A DNA stretch of 64,000 nucleotides, taken from positions 10,782-74,781 of the forward strand of contig CAXHJY010001449.1 of assembly GCA_964016885.1 (NCBI GenBank), in the 5' to 3' direction. Under the pieces are notes generated by a model, which saw only the letters and a list, made by a program, of their open reading frames with translations, was not told the DNA's origin and did not search any database. Shown here piece by piece: positions 12,030-29,811 of this stretch; the first letter of the stretch is position 1; the number at the start of each line of letters is the position of its first letter. The position numbers and the translations under genes are program-made. The stretch is from Eledone cirrhosa (Eukaryota).

Positions 12030-15000
12030 CACCACTGTCTCCTCCACCACTACATACACTAACACCACTATCACCTCTACCACTACAACAACACCACCAC
12101 TACAGCTACCACCTCCACTACAACCACACCGCCACTGCAATCATCACCACTATCACCTCTACGACTGCAGCCATCACCACTGCTACAACCACCACCACTA
12201 TCACCTCTACCACCACAACCACACTACCACTGCAACCATCACCACTGCTACAACCACCTCCACTATCACCTCTACCACTACAACCACCTCTACCACTGCA
12301 GCCATCACCACCGCTACAACCACGACCAGTGTCACCTCTACCACTACAGCCATCATCGCTATTACCTTTACCACTACATCCACCACCTCTACCACTACAA
12401 CCACACCACCACTGCAGCCATCACTGCCACTACAACCACCACCACTATCACCTCTACCACTATAACCACCATCACTATCACCTCTACCACTGCAATCACA
12501 CCACCACTGCCACTACAACCACCACCACTATCACCTCTACCACTGCAACCACACCATCACTGCCACTACAACCACCACCACTATCACCTCTACCACTACA
12601 ACCACACCATCACTGCCACTACAACCACCACCACTATCACCTCACCATCACTGCCACTACAACCACAACCACTATCACCTCTACCATTACAACCACACCA
12701 TCACTGCCACTACAACCACCACCACTATCATCTCTATCACTACAACCACACCATCACTGCCACTACAACCACCACCACTATCACCTCTACCACTGCAACC
12801 ACACCATCACTGCCACTACAACCACCATCACTATCACCTCTACCACTACAACCACACCATCACTGCCACTACAACCACCATCACTATCACCTCTACCACT
12901 ACAACCACACCATCACTGCCACTACAACCACCACCACTATCACCTCTACCACTGCAACCACACCATCACTGCCACTACAACCACCACCACTATCACCTCT
13001 ACCACTGCAACCACACCATCACTGCCACTACAACCACCATCACTATCACCTCTACCACTACAACCACACCATCACTGCCACTACAACCACCACCACTATC
13101 ACCTCTACCACTGCAACCACACCATCACTGCCACTACAACCACCACCACTATCACCTCTACCACTGCAACCACACCACCACTGCCACTACAACCACCACC
13201 ACTATCACCTCTACCACTACAACCACACCACCACTGCCACTACAACCACCACCACTATCACCTCTACCACTACAACCACACCACCACTGCCACTACAACC
13301 ACCACCACTATCACCTCTACCACTACAACCACACCACCACTGCCACTACAACCACCACCACTATCACCTCTACCACTGCAACCACACCATCACTGCCACT
13401 ACAACCACCACCACTATCACCTCTACCACTGCAACCACACCACCACTGCCACTACAACCACCACCACTATCACCTCTACCACTACAACCACACCACCACT
13501 GCCACTCAACCACCACCACTATCACCTCTACCACTGCAACCACACCATCACTGCCACTACAACCACCACCACTATCACCTCTACCACTACAACCACACCA
13601 CCACTGCCACTACAACCACCACCACTATCACCTCTACCACTGCAACCACACCATCACTGCCACTACAACCACCACCACTATCACCTCTACCACTGCAACC
13701 ACACCATCACTGCCACTACAACCACCACCACTATCACCTCTACCACTGCAACCACACCATCACTGCCACTACAACCACCACCACTATCACCTCTACCACT
13801 ATAACCACCACCACTATCACCTCTACCACTGCAACCACACCATCACTGCCACTACAACCACCACCATTATCACCTCTACCACTATAACCACCACCACTAT
13901 CACCTCTACCACTGCAACCACACCATCACTGCCACTACAACCACCACCACTATCACCTCTACCACTGCAACCACTACCACCACTGCCACTACAACCACCA
14001 CCACTATCACCTCTACCACTACAACCACACCACCACTGCCACTACAACCACCACCACTATCACCTCTACCACTACAACCACACCACCACTGCCACTACAA
14101 CCACCACCACTATCACCTCTACCACTACAACCACACCACCACTGCCACTACAACCACAACCACTATCACCTCTACCACTACAACCACACCATCACTGCCA
14201 CTACAACCACCACCACTATCACCTCTACCACTACAACCACACCACCACTGCCACTACAACCACCACCACTATCACCTCTACCACTACAACCACACCACCA
14301 CTGCCACTACAACCACAACCACTATCACCTCTACCACTACAACCACACCATCACTGCCACTACAACCACCATCACTATCACCTCTACCACTGCAACCACA
14401 CCACCACTGCCACTACAACCACCACCACTATCACCTCTACCACTGCAACCACACCATCACTGCCACTACAACCACCACCACTATCACCTCTACCACTGCA
14501 ACCACACCACCACTGCCACTACAACCACCACCACTATCACCTCTACCACTGCAACCACACCACCACTGCCACTACAACCACCACCACTATCATCTCTACC
14601 ACTACAACCACACCATCACTGCCACTACAACCACCACCACTATCACCTCTACCACTGCAACCACACCACCACTGCCCCTACAACCACCACCACTATCACC
14701 TCTACCACTACAACCACACCATCACTGCCACTACAACCACCACCACTATCACCTCTACCACTGCAACCACACCACCACTGCCACTACAACCACCACCACT
14801 ATCACCTCTACCACTACAACCACACCATCACTGCCACTACAACCACCACCACTATCACCTCTACCACTGCAACCACACCATCACTGCCACTACAACCACC
14901 ACCACTATCATCACTACCACTGCAACCACACCATCACTGCCACTACAACCACCACCACTATCACCTCTACCACTATAACCACCACACTGCCACTACAACC

Positions 15001-18000
15001 ATCACCACTATCACCTCTACCACTGCAACCACACCATCACTGCCACTACAACCACCACCACTATCACCTCTACCACTGCAACCACACCATCACTGCCACT
15101 ACAACCACCACCACTATCACCTCTACCACTATAACCACCACCACTGCCACTACAACCACCACCACTATCACCTCTACCACTGCAACCACGCCATCACTGC
15201 CACTACAACCACCACCACTATCACCTCTACCACTTCAACCACACCATCACTGCCACTACAACCACCACCACTATCACCTCTACCACTGCAACCACACCAC
15301 CACTGCCACTACAACCACCACCACTATCACCTCTACCACTGCAACCACACCACCACTGCCACTACAACCACAACCACTGCAACCACACCATCACTACAAC
15401 CACCACCACTATCACCTCTACCACTGCAACCACACCATCACTGCCACTACAACCACCACCACTATCACCTCTACCACTGCAACCACACCATCACTGCCAC
15501 TACAACCACCACCACTATCACCTCTACCACTGCAACCACTACCACCACTGCCACTACAACCACCACCATTATCACCTCTAACACTACAACCACACCACCA
15601 CTGCCACTACAACCACCACCACTATCATCTCTATCACTACAACCACACCACCACTGCCACTACAACCACCATCACTATCACCTCTACCACTGCAACCACA
15701 CCATCACTGCCACTACAACCACCACCACTATCACCTCTACCACTGCAACCACACCATCACTGCCACTACAACCACCACCACTATCATCTCTATCACTACA
15801 ACCACACCATCACTGCCACTACAACCACCACCACTATCATCTCTACCACTGCAACCACACCACCACTGCCACTACAACCACCATCACTATCACCTCTACC
15901 ACTGCAACCACACCATCACTGTCACTACAACCACCACCACTATCACCTCTACCACTGCAACCACACCATCACTGCCACTACAACCACCACCACTATCATC
16001 TCTATCACTACAACCACACCATCACTGCCACTACAACCACCACCACTATCATCTCTACCACTGCAACCACACCACCTCTGCCACTACAACCACCATCACT
16101 ATCACCTCTACCACTGCAACCACACCATCACTGCCACTACAACCACCACCACTATCACCTCTACCACTGCAACCACACCATCACTGCCACTACAACCACC
16201 ACCACTATCATCTCTATCACTACAACCACACCATCACTGCCACTACAACCACCACCACTATCATCTCTACCACTGCAACCACACCATCACTGCCACTACA
16301 ACCACCACCACTATCATCTCTATCACTACAACCACACCATCACTGCCACTACAACCACCACCACTATCATCTCTACCACTGCAACCACACCACCACTGCC
16401 ACTACAACCACCATCACTATCACCTCTACCACTGCAACCACACCATCACTGCCACTACAACCACCACCACTATCACCTCTACCACTGCAACCACACCATC
16501 ACTGCCACTACAACCACCACCACTATCATCTCTATCACTACAACCACACCATCACTGCCACTACAACCACCACCGCTATCATCTCTACCACTGCAACCAC
16601 ACCATCACTGCCACTACAACCACCACCACTATCATCTCTATCACTACAACCACACCATCACTGCCACTACAACCACCACCACTATCACCTCTACCACTAC
16701 AACCACACCATCACTGCCACTACAACCACCACCACTATCACCTCTACCACTACAACCACACCATCACTGCCACTACAACCACCACCACTATCATCTCTAC
16801 CACTGCAACCACACCACCACTGCCACTACAACCACCACCACTATCATCTCTATCACTACAACCACACCATCACTGCCACTACAACCACCACCGCTATCAT
16901 CTCTACCACTGCAACCACACCATCACTGCCACTACAACCACCACCACTATCATCTCTATCACTACAACCACACCATCACTGCCACTACAACCACCACCAC
17001 TATCACCTCTACCACTACAACCACACCATCACTGCCACTACAACCACCACCACTATCACCTCTACCACTACAACCACACCATCACTGCCACTACAACCAC
17101 CACCACTATCATCTCTACCACTGCAACCACACCACCACTGCCACTACAACCACCACCACTATCATCTCTATCACTACAACCACACCATCACTGCCACTAC
17201 AACCACCACCACTATCACCTCTACCACTACAACCACACCATCACTGCCACTACAACCACCACCACTATTACCTCTACCACTACAACCACACCATCACTGC
17301 CACGACAACCACCACCACTATCATCTCTACCACTGCAACCACACCACCACTGCCACTACAACCACCACCACTATCATCTCTATCACTACAACCACACCAT
17401 CACTGCCACTACAACCACCATCACTATCACCTCTACCACTGCAACCACACCATCACTGCCACTACAACCACCACCACTATCACCTCTACCACTACAACCA
17501 CACCATCACTGCCACTACAACCACCACCACTATCACCTCTACCACTACAACCACACCATCACTGCCACTACAACCACAACCACTATCACCTCTACCACTG
17601 CAACCACACCACCACTGCCACTACAACCACCACCACTATCACCTCTACCACTGCAACCACACCACCACTGCCACTACAACCACCACCACTATCACCTCTA
17701 CCACTACAACCACACCATCACTGCCACTACAACCACCACCACTATCACCTCTACCACTGCAACCACACCATCACTGCCACTACAACCACCACCACTATCA
17801 CCTCTACCACTGCAACCACACCATCACTGCCACTACAACCACCACCACTATCACCTCTACCACTGCAACCACACCATCACTGCCACTACAACCACCACCA
17901 CTATCACCTCTACCACTGCAACCACACCATCACTGCCACTACAACCACCACCACTATCACCTCTACCACTGCAACCACTACCACCACTGCCACTACAACC

Positions 18001-21000
18001 ACCACCACTATCACCTCTACCACTACAACCACACCACCACTGCCACTACAACCACCACCACTATCATCTCTATCACTACAACCACACCACCACTGCCACT
18101 ACAACCACCATCACTATCACCTCTACCACTGCAACCACACCATCACTGCCACTACAACCACCACCACTATCACCTCTACCACTGCAACCACACCATCACT
18201 GCCACTACAACCACCACCACTATCATCTCTATCACTACAACCACACCATCACTGCCACTACAACCACCACCACTATCATCTCTACCACTGCAACCACACC
18301 ACCACTGCCACTACAACCACCATCACTATCACCTCTACCACTGCAACCACACCATCACTGCCACTACAACCACCACCACTATCACCTCTACCACTGCAAC
18401 CACACCATCACTGCCACTACAACCACCACCACTATCATCTCTATCACTACAACCACACCATCACTGCCACTACAACCACCACCACTATCACCTCTACCAC
18501 TGCAACCACACCACCACTGCCACTACAACCACCATCACTATCACCTCTACCACTGCAACCACACCATCACTGCCACTACAACCACCACCACTATCACCTC
18601 TACCACTGCAACCACACCATCACTGCCACTACAACCACCACCACTATCATCTCTATCACTACAACCACACCATCACTGCCACTACAACCACCACCACTAT
18701 CATCTCTACCACTGCAATCACACCACCACTGCCACTACAACCACCACCACTATCATCTCTATCACTACAACCACACCATCACTGCCACTACAACCACCAT
18801 CACTATCACCTCTACCACTGCAACCACACCATCACTGCCACTACAACCACCACCACTATCACCTCTACCACTACAACCACACCATCACTGCTACTACAAC
18901 CACCACCACTATCACCTCTACCACTACAACCACACCATCACTGCCACTACAACCACAACCACTGTCACCTCTACCACTGCAACCACACCACCACTGCCAC
19001 TACAACCACCACCACTATCACCTCTACCACTACAACCACACCATCACTGCCACTACAACCACAACCACTATCACCTCTACCACTGCAACCACACCATCAC
19101 TGCCACTACAACCACCACCACTATCACCTCTACCACTGCAACCACACCATCACTGCCACTACAACCACCACCACTATCACCTCTACCACTACAACCACCA
19201 CCACTATCACCTCTACCACTGCAACCACACCATCACTGCCACTACAACCACCACCACTATCACCTCTACCACTGCAACCACACCATCACTGCCACTACAA
19301 CCACCACCACTATCACCTCTACCACTGCAACCACACCACCACTGCCACTACAACCACCACCACTATCACCTCTACCACTACAACCACACCATCACTGCCA
19401 CTACAACCACCACCACTATCACCTCTACCACTACAACCACCACCACTATCACCTCTACCACTGCAACCACACCATCACTGCCACTACAACCACCACCACT
19501 ATCACCTCTACCACTGCAACCACACCATCACTGCCACTACAACCACCACCACTATCACCTCTACCACTGCAACCACACCACCACTGCCACTACAACCACC
19601 ACCACTATCACCTCTACCACTACAACCACACCATCACTGCCACTACAACCACCACCACTATCACCTCTACCACTGCAACCACACCATCACTGCCACTACA
19701 ACCACCACCACTATCACCTCTACCACTGCAACCACACCATCACTGCCACTACAACCACCACCACTATCACCTCTACCACTGCAACCACACCATCACTGCC
19801 ACTACAACCACCACCACTATCACCTCTACCACTGCAACCACACCATCACTGCCACTACAACCACCACCACTATCACCTCTACCACTGCAACCACTACCAC
19901 CACTGCCACTACAACCACCACCACTATCACCTCTACCACTACAACCACACCACCACTGCCACTACAACCACCACCACTATCATCTCTATCACTACAACCA
20001 CACCACCACTGCCACTACAACCACCATCACTATCACCTCTACCACTGCAACCACACCATCACTGCCACTACAACCACCACCACTATCACCTCTACCACTG
20101 CAACCACACCATCACTGCCACTACAACCACCACCACTATCATCTCTATCACTACAACCACACCATCACTGCCACTACAACCACCACCACTATCACCTCTA
20201 CCACTGCAACCACACCATCACTGCCACTACAACCACCACCACTATCACCTCTACCACTGCAACCACACCATCACTGCCACTACAACCACCACCACTATCA
20301 TCTCTATCACTACAACCACACCATCACTGCCACTACAACCACCACCACTATCATCTCTACCACTGCAACCACACCACCACTGCCACTACAACCACCATCA
20401 CTATCACCTCTACCACTGCAACCACACCATCACTGCCACTACAACCACCACCACTATCACCTCTACCACTGCAACCACACCATCACTGCCACTACAACCA
20501 CCACCACTATCATCTCTATCACTACAACCACACCATCACTGCCACTACAACCACCACCACTATCATCTCTACCACTGCAACCACACCATCACTGCCACTA
20601 CAACCACCACCACTATCACCTCTACCACTGCAACCACACCACCACTGCCACTACAACCACCACCACTATCACCTCTACCACTACAACCACACCATCACTG
20701 CCACTACAACCACCACCACTATCACCTCTACCACTACAACCACCACCACTATCACCTCTATCACTACAACCACACCATCACTGCCACTACAACCACCACC
20801 ACTATCATCTCTACCACTGCAACCACACCATCACTGCCACTACAACCACCACCACTATCACCTCTACCACTATAACCACCACCACTGCCACTACAACCAC
20901 CACCACTATCACCTCTACCACTGCAACCACGCCATCACTGCCACTACAACCACCACCACTATCACCTCTACCACTGCAACCACACCATCACTGCCACTAC

Positions 21001-24000
21001 AACCACCACCACTATCACCTCTACCACTGCAACCACACCATCACTGCCACTACAACCACCACCACTATCACCTCTACCACTGCAACCACTACCACCGCTG
21101 CCACTACAACCACCACCATTATCACCTCTAACACTACAACCACACCACCACTGCCACTACAACCACCACCACTATCATCTCTATCACTACAACCACACCA
21201 CCACTGCCACTACAACCACCATCACTATCACCTCTACCACTGCAACCACACCATCACTGCCACTACAACCACCACCACTATCACCTCTACCACTGCAACC
21301 ACACCATCACTGCCACTACAACCACCACCACTATCATCTCTATCACTACAACCACACCATCACTGCCACTACAACCACCACCACTATCATCTCTACCACT
21401 GCAACCACACCACCACTGCCACTACAACCACCATCACTATCACCTCTACCACTGCAACCACACCATCACTGTCACTACAACCACCACCACTATCACCTCT
21501 ACCACTGCAACCACACCATCACTGCCACTACAACCACCACCACTATCATCTCTATCACTACAACCACACCATCACTGCCACTACAACCACCACCACTATC
21601 ATCTCTACCACTGCAACCACACCACCTCTGCCACTACAACCACCATCACTATCACCTCTACCACTGCAACCACACCATCACTGCCACTACAACCACCACC
21701 ACTATCACCTCTACCACTGCAACCACACCATCACTGCCACTACAACCACCACCACTATCATCTCTATCACTACAACCACACCATCACTGCCACTACAACC
21801 ACCACCACTATCATCTCTACCACTGCAACCACACCATCACTGCCACTACAACCACCACCACTATCATCTCTATCACTACAACCACACCATCACTGCCACT
21901 ACAACCACCACCACTATCATCTCTACCACTGCAACCACACCACCACTGCCACTACAACCACCATCACTATCACCTCTACCACTGCAACCACACCATCACT
22001 GCCACTACAACCACCACCACTATCACCTCTACCACTGCAACCACACCATCACTGCCACTACAACCACCACCACTATCATCTCTATCACTACAACCACACC
22101 ATCACTGCCACTACAACCACCACCGCTATCATCTCTACCACTGCAACCACACCATCACTGCCACTACAACCACCACCACTATCATCTCTATCACTACAAC
22201 CACACCATCACTGCCACTACAACCACCACCACTATCACCTCTACCACTACAACCACACCATCACTGCCACTACAACCACCACCACTATCACCTCTACCAC
22301 TACAACCACACCATCACTGCCACTACAACCACCACCACTATCATCTCTACCACTGCAACCACACCACCACTGCCACTACAACCACCACCACTATCATCTC
22401 TATCACTACAACCACACCATCACTGCCACTACAACCACCACCGCTATCATCTCTACCACTGCAACCACACCATCACTGCCACTACAACCACCACCACTAT
22501 CATCTGTATCACTACAACCACACCATCACTGCCACTACAACCACCACCACTATCACCTCTACCACTACAACCACACCATCACTGCCACTACAACCACCAC
22601 CACTATCACCTCTACCACTACAACCACACCATCACTGCCACTACAACCACCACCACTATCATCTCTACCACTGCAACCACACCACCACTGCCACTACAAC
22701 CACCACCACTATCATCTCTATCACTACAACCACACCATCACTGCCACTACAACCACCACCGCTATCATCTCTACCACTGCAACCACACCATCACTGCCAC
22801 TACAACCACCACCACTATCATCTCTATCACTACAACCACACCATCACTGCCACTACAACCACCACCACTATCACCTCTACCACTACAACCACACCATCAC
22901 TGCCACTACAACCACCACCACTATTACCTCTACCACTACAACCACACCATCACTGCCACGACAACCACCACCACTATCATCTCTACCACTGCAACCACAC
23001 CACCACTGCCACTACAACCACCACCACTATCATCTCTATCACTACAACCACACCATCACTGCCACTACAACCACCATCACTATCACCTCTACCACTGCAA
23101 CCACACCATCACTGCCACTACAACCACCACCACTATCACCTCTACCACTACAACCACACCATCACTGCCACTACAACCACCACCACTATCACCTCTACCA
23201 CTACAACCACACCATCACTGCCACTACAACCACAACCACTATCACCTCTACCACTGCAACCACACCACCACTGCCACTACAACCACCACCACTATCACCT
23301 CTACCACTGCAACCACACCACCACTGCCACTACAACCACCACCACTATCACCTCTACCACTACAACCACACCATCACTGCCACTACAACCACCACCACTA
23401 TCACCTCTACCACTGCAACCACACCATCACTGCCACTACAACCACCACCACTATCACCTCTACCACTGCAACCACACCATCACTGCCACTACAACCACCA
23501 CCACTATCACCTCTACCACTGCAACCACACCATCACTGCCACTACAACCACCACCACTATCACCTCTACCACTGCAACCACACCATCACTGCCACTACAA
23601 CCACCACCACTATCACCTCTACCACTGCAACCACTACCACCACTGCCACTACAACCACCACCACTATCACCTCTACCACTACAACCACACCACCACTGCC
23701 ACTACAACCACCACCACTATCATCTCTATCACTACAACCACACCACCACTGCCACTACAACCACCATCACTATCACCTCTACCACTGCAACCACACCATC
23801 ACTGCCACTACAACCACCACCACTATCACCTCTACCACTGCAACCACACCATCACTGCCACTACAACCACCACCACTATCATCTCTATCACTACAACCAC
23901 ACCATCACTGCCACTACAACCACCACCACTATCATCTCTACCACTGCAACCACACCACCACTGCCACTACAACCACCATCACTATCACCTCTACCACTGC

Positions 24001-27000
24001 AACCACACCATCACTGCCACTACAACCACCACCACTATCACCTCTACCACTGCAACCACACCATCACTGCCACTACAACCACCACCACTATCATCTCTAT
24101 CACTACAACCACACCATCACTGCCACTACAACCACCACCACTATCACCTCTACCACTGCAACCACACCACCACTGCCACTACAACCACCATCACTATCAC
24201 CTCTACCACTGCAACCACACCATCACTGCCACTACAACCACCACCACTATCACCTCTACCACTGCAACCACACCATCACTGCCACTACAACCACCACCAC
24301 TATCATCTCTATCACTACAACCACACCATCACTGCCACTACAACCACCACCACTATCATCTCTACCACTGCAATCACACCACCACTGCCACTACAACCAC
24401 CACCACTATCATCTCTATCACTACAACCACACCATCACTGCCACTACAACCACCATCACTATCACCTCTACCACTGCAACCACACCATCACTGCCACTAC
24501 AACCACCACCACTATCACCTCTACCACTACAACCACACCATCACTGCTACTACAACCACCACCACTATCACCTCTACCACTACAACCACACCATCACTGC
24601 CACTACAACCACAACCACTGTCACCTCTACCACTGCAACCACACCACCACTGCCACTACAACCACCACCACTATCACCTCTACCACTACAACCACACCAT
24701 CACTGCCACTACAACCACAACCACTATCACCTCTACCACTGCAACCACACCATCACTGCCACTACAACCACCACCACTATCACCTCTACCACTGCAACCA
24801 CACCATCACTGCCACTACAACCACCACCACTATCACCTCTACCACTACAACCACCACCACTATCACCTCTACCACTGCAACCACACCATCACTGCCACTA
24901 CAACCACCACCACTATCACCTCTACCACTGCAACCACACCATCACTGCCACTACAACCACCACCACTATCACCTCTACCACTGCAACCACACCACCACTG
25001 CCACTACAACCACCACCACTATCACCTCTACCACTACAACCACACCATCACTGCCACTACAACCACCACCACTATCACCTCTACCACTACAACCACCACC
25101 ACTATCACCTCTACCACTGCAACCACACCATCACTGCCACTACAACCACCACCACTATCACCTCTACCACTGCAACCACACCATCACTGCCACTACAACC
25201 ACCACCACTATCACCTCTACCACTGCAACCACACCACCACTGCCACTACAACCACCACCACTATCACCTCTACCACTACAACCACACCATCACTGCCACT
25301 ACAACCACCACCACTATCACCTCTACCACTGCAACCACACCATCACTGCCACTACAACCACCACCACTATCACCTCTACCACTGCAACCACACCATCACT
25401 GCCACTACAACCACCACCACTATCACCTCTACCACTGCAACCACACCATCACTGCCACTACAACCACCACCACTATCACCTCTACCACTGCAACCACACC
25501 ATCACTGCCACTACAACCACCACCACTATCACCTCTACCACTGCAACCACTACCACCACTGCCACTACAACCACCACCACTATCACCTCTACCACTACAA
25601 CCACACCACCACTGCCACTACAACCACCACCACTATCATCTCTATCACTACAACCACACCACCACTGCCACTACAACCACCATCACTATCACCTCTACCA
25701 CTGCAACCACACCATCACTGCCACTACAACCACCACCACTATCACCTCTACCACTGCAACCACACCATCACTGCCACTACAACCACCACCACTATCATCT
25801 CTATCACTACAACCACACCATCACTGCCACTACAACCACCACCACTATCACCTCTACCACTGCAACCACACCATCACTGCCACTACAACCACCACCACTA
25901 TCACCTCTACCACTGCAACCACACCATCACTGCCACTACAACCACCACCACTATCATCTCTATCACTACAACCACACCATCACTGCCACTACAACCACCA
26001 CCACTATCATCTCTACCACTGCAACCACACCACCACTGCCACTACAACCACACCACCACTGCCACTACAACCACCATCACTATCACCTCTACCACTGCAA
26101 CCACACCATCACTGCCACTACAACCACCACCACTATCACCTCTACCACTGCAACCACACCATCACTGCCACTACAACCACCACCACTATCATCTCTATCA
26201 CTACAACCACACCATCACTGCCACTACAACCACCACCACTATCATCTCTACCACTGCAACCACACCATCACTGCCACTACAACCACCACCACTATCACCT
26301 CTACCACTGCAACCACACCACCACTGCCACTACAACCACCACCACTATCACCTCTACCACTACAACCACACCATCACTGCCACTACAACCACCACCACTA
26401 TCACCTCTACCACTACAACCACCACCACTATCACCTCTATCACTACAACCACACCATCACTGCCACTACAACCACCACCACTATCATCTCTACCACTGCA
26501 ACCACACCATCACTGCCACTACAACCACCACCACTATCACCTCTACCACTGCAACCACACCATCACTGCCACTACAACCACCACCACTATCACCTCTACC
26601 ACTGCAACCACACCATCACTGCCACTACAACCACCACCACTATCACCTCTACCACTGCAACCACACCATCACTGCCACTACAACCACCACCACTATCACC
26701 TCTACCACTGCAACCACTACCACCACTGCCACTACAACCACCACCACTATCACCTCTACCACTACAACCACACCACCACTGCCACTACAACCACCACCAC
26801 TATCATCTCTATCACTACAACCACACCACCACTGCCACTACAACCACCATCACTATCACCTCTACCACTGCAACCACACCATCACTGCCACTACAACCAC
26901 CACCACTATCACCTCTACCACTGCAACCACACCATCACTGCCACTACAACCACCACCACTATCACCTCTACCACTGCAACCACACCATCACTGCCACTAC

Positions 27001-28963
27001 AACCACCACCACTATCATCTCTATCACTACAACCACACCATCACTGCCACTACAACCACCACCACTATCACCTCTACCACTGCAACCACACCATCACTGC
27101 CACTACAACCACCACCACTATCACCTCTACCACTGCAACCACACCATCACTGCCACTACAACCACCACCACTATCATCTCTATCACTACAACCACACCAT
27201 CACTGCCACTACAACCACCACCACTATCATCTCTACCACTGCAACCACACCACCACTGCCACTACAACCACCATCACTATCACCTCTACCACTGCAACCA
27301 CACCATCACTGCCACTACAACCACCACCACTATCACCTCTACCACTGCAACCACACCATCACTGCCACTACAACCACCACCACTATCATCTCTATCACTA
27401 CAACCACACCATCACTGCCACTACAACCACCACCACTATCATCTCTACCACTACAACCACCACCACTATCACCTCTATCACTACAACCACACCATCACTG
27501 CCACTACAACCACCACCACTATCATCTCTACCACTGCAACCACACCATCACTGCCACTACAACCACCACCACTATCACCTCTACCACTGCAACCACACCA
27601 TCACTGCCACTACAACCACCACCACTATCACCTCTACCACTGCAACCACACCATCACTGCCACTACAACCACCACCACTATCACCTCTACCACTGCAACC
27701 ACACCATCACTGCCACTACAACCACCACCACTATCACCTCTACCACTGCAACCACTACCACCACTGCCACTACAACCACCACCACTATCACCTCTACCAC
27801 TACAACCACACCACCACTGCCACTACAACCACCACCACTATCATCTCTATCACTACAACCACACCACCACTGCCACTACAACCACCATCACTATCACCTC
27901 TACCACTGCAACCACACCATCACTGCCACTACAACCACCACCACTATCACCTCTACCACTGCAACCACACCATCACTGCCACTACAACCACCACCACTAT
28001 CACCTCTACCACTGCAACCACACCATCACTGCCACTACAACCACCACCACTATCATCTCTATCACTACAACCACACCATCACTGCCACTACAACCACCAC
28101 CACTATCACCTCTACCACTGCAACCACACCATCACTGCCACTACAACCACCACCACTATCACCTCTACCACTGCAACCACACCATCACTGCCACTACAAT
28201 CACCACCACTATCATCTCTATCACTACAACCACACCATCACTGCCACTACAACCACCACCACTATCATCTCTACCACTGCAACCACACCACCACTGCCAC
28301 TACAACCACCATCACTATCACCTCTACCACTGCAACCACACCATCACTGCCACTACAACCACCACCACTATCACCTCTACCACTGCAACCACACCATCAC
28401 TGCCACTACAACCACCACCACTATCATCTCTATCACTACAACCACACCATCACTGCCACTACAACCACCACCACTATCATCTCTACCACTGCAACCACAC
28501 CACCACTGCCACTACAACCACCATCACTATCACCTCTACCACTGCAACCACACCATCACTGCCACTACAACCACCACCACTATCACCTCTACCACTGCAA
28601 CCACACCATCACTGCCACTACAACCACCACCACTATCACCTCTACCACTACAACCACAACCACTATCACCTCTACCACTGCAACCACACCACCACTGCCA
28701 CTACAACCACCACCACTATCATCTCTATCACTACAACCACACCATCACTGCCACTACAACCACCACCACTATCATCTCTATCACTACAACCACACCATCA
28801 CTGCCACTACAACCACCACCACTATCACCTCTACCACTGCAACCACACCATCACTGCCACTACAACCACCACCACTATCACCCTACCACTGCAACCACAC
28901 CATCACTGCCACTACAACCACCACCACTATCATCTCTATCACTACAACCACTACCACCACTGC
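12030..28963. repeat. ~17-kb minisatellite array, 53-bp unit (roughly 310-320 units)
   Basis: Consensus accactgcaaccacaccatcactgccactacaaccaccaccactatcacctct (e.g. 15951-16003), with point variants and occasional 30-bp short units; degenerate over the first ~400 bp. Confidence 0.98.
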
Positions 28964-29234
28964 TGACTCCATTCTACATATTCCTTATCCTGTTAAGCAG
29001 TAGCTATAAATATAATGGTTTGGAGGGGTGCGTGTGACCAACTGGTGGTGGTGATGGGGAGTATTTTGATAAAAAGTTTTTGGTTGGTCTCAAATGGTGA
29101 GGGAGTGGGGAAGGTGTGAGGAGAGGGAGAGTAGCAATGGTGACATTTTGATTTCACCACCACCACATGTCTTCACCAGTGGCTGCACCAAAGCTGCCAA
29201 GAGAGTGGATATCTTTATGAAGAGATGATGATAA

Positions 29235-29400
29235 TGATAATTTTCTACTTTAGGCACAAGGCCAGCAAATAACCAGTGCATTACTGGTACTTTATTTTAT
29301 CGACTGCGTAAGGATGAAAGGCAAAGTTAACCTCAGCGGGATTTGAATGGAAAGGGCCGTAACTCCATGCGTCAAAGCATGGCATCGATCCTCTGTGGAA
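29235..29400 (-). mobile_element. tRNA-derived SINE copy
   Basis: Reverse complement of 29886-29997. Confidence 0.85.
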
Positions 29401-29811
29401 TTATTGGTATTATATTTAAATGAATAAGTGTATATATATTAAGTGTAATGAGTTCAAATCTCAAGCATTCCTTTACAATGAAAATAGCTCAAAGAAAAGA
29501 ATATTTCTGAGCCGTGTAATAAATATAAATCAATATATATGATGAAACACAGATACCAACATATCTTTGTTTATATTGCAAAAGGAATAAGTTAGCTAGA
29601 ATGAAATATACTAATTATAATATTACAGCCTGCCTACATCGATTTAAAATAATAAATCAACGCAAACAAACAGTATTGGCAAATAGCCATGGTGTTTAGA
29701 CAAATTTAAATTTCAAAATCAAACCTGTTCCGTAGATAAGTTTAAACTTTAAAATCCAAATATGTTTCGAGGTAAATATGTGTAAGGATATCAAGTCCTG
29801 CTCTCTTCAAT

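Noticed and set aside
12016-13804. Mucin-like Thr/Pro/His-rich ORFs
   Set aside because: The 53-bp unit is not a multiple of three, so the peptide cycles through all frames; no signal peptide or exon evidence.
12030-28963. CRISPR array or telomeric repeat
   Set aside because: No unique spacers, no cas genes, eukaryotic context, and the unit is not TTAGGG-like.
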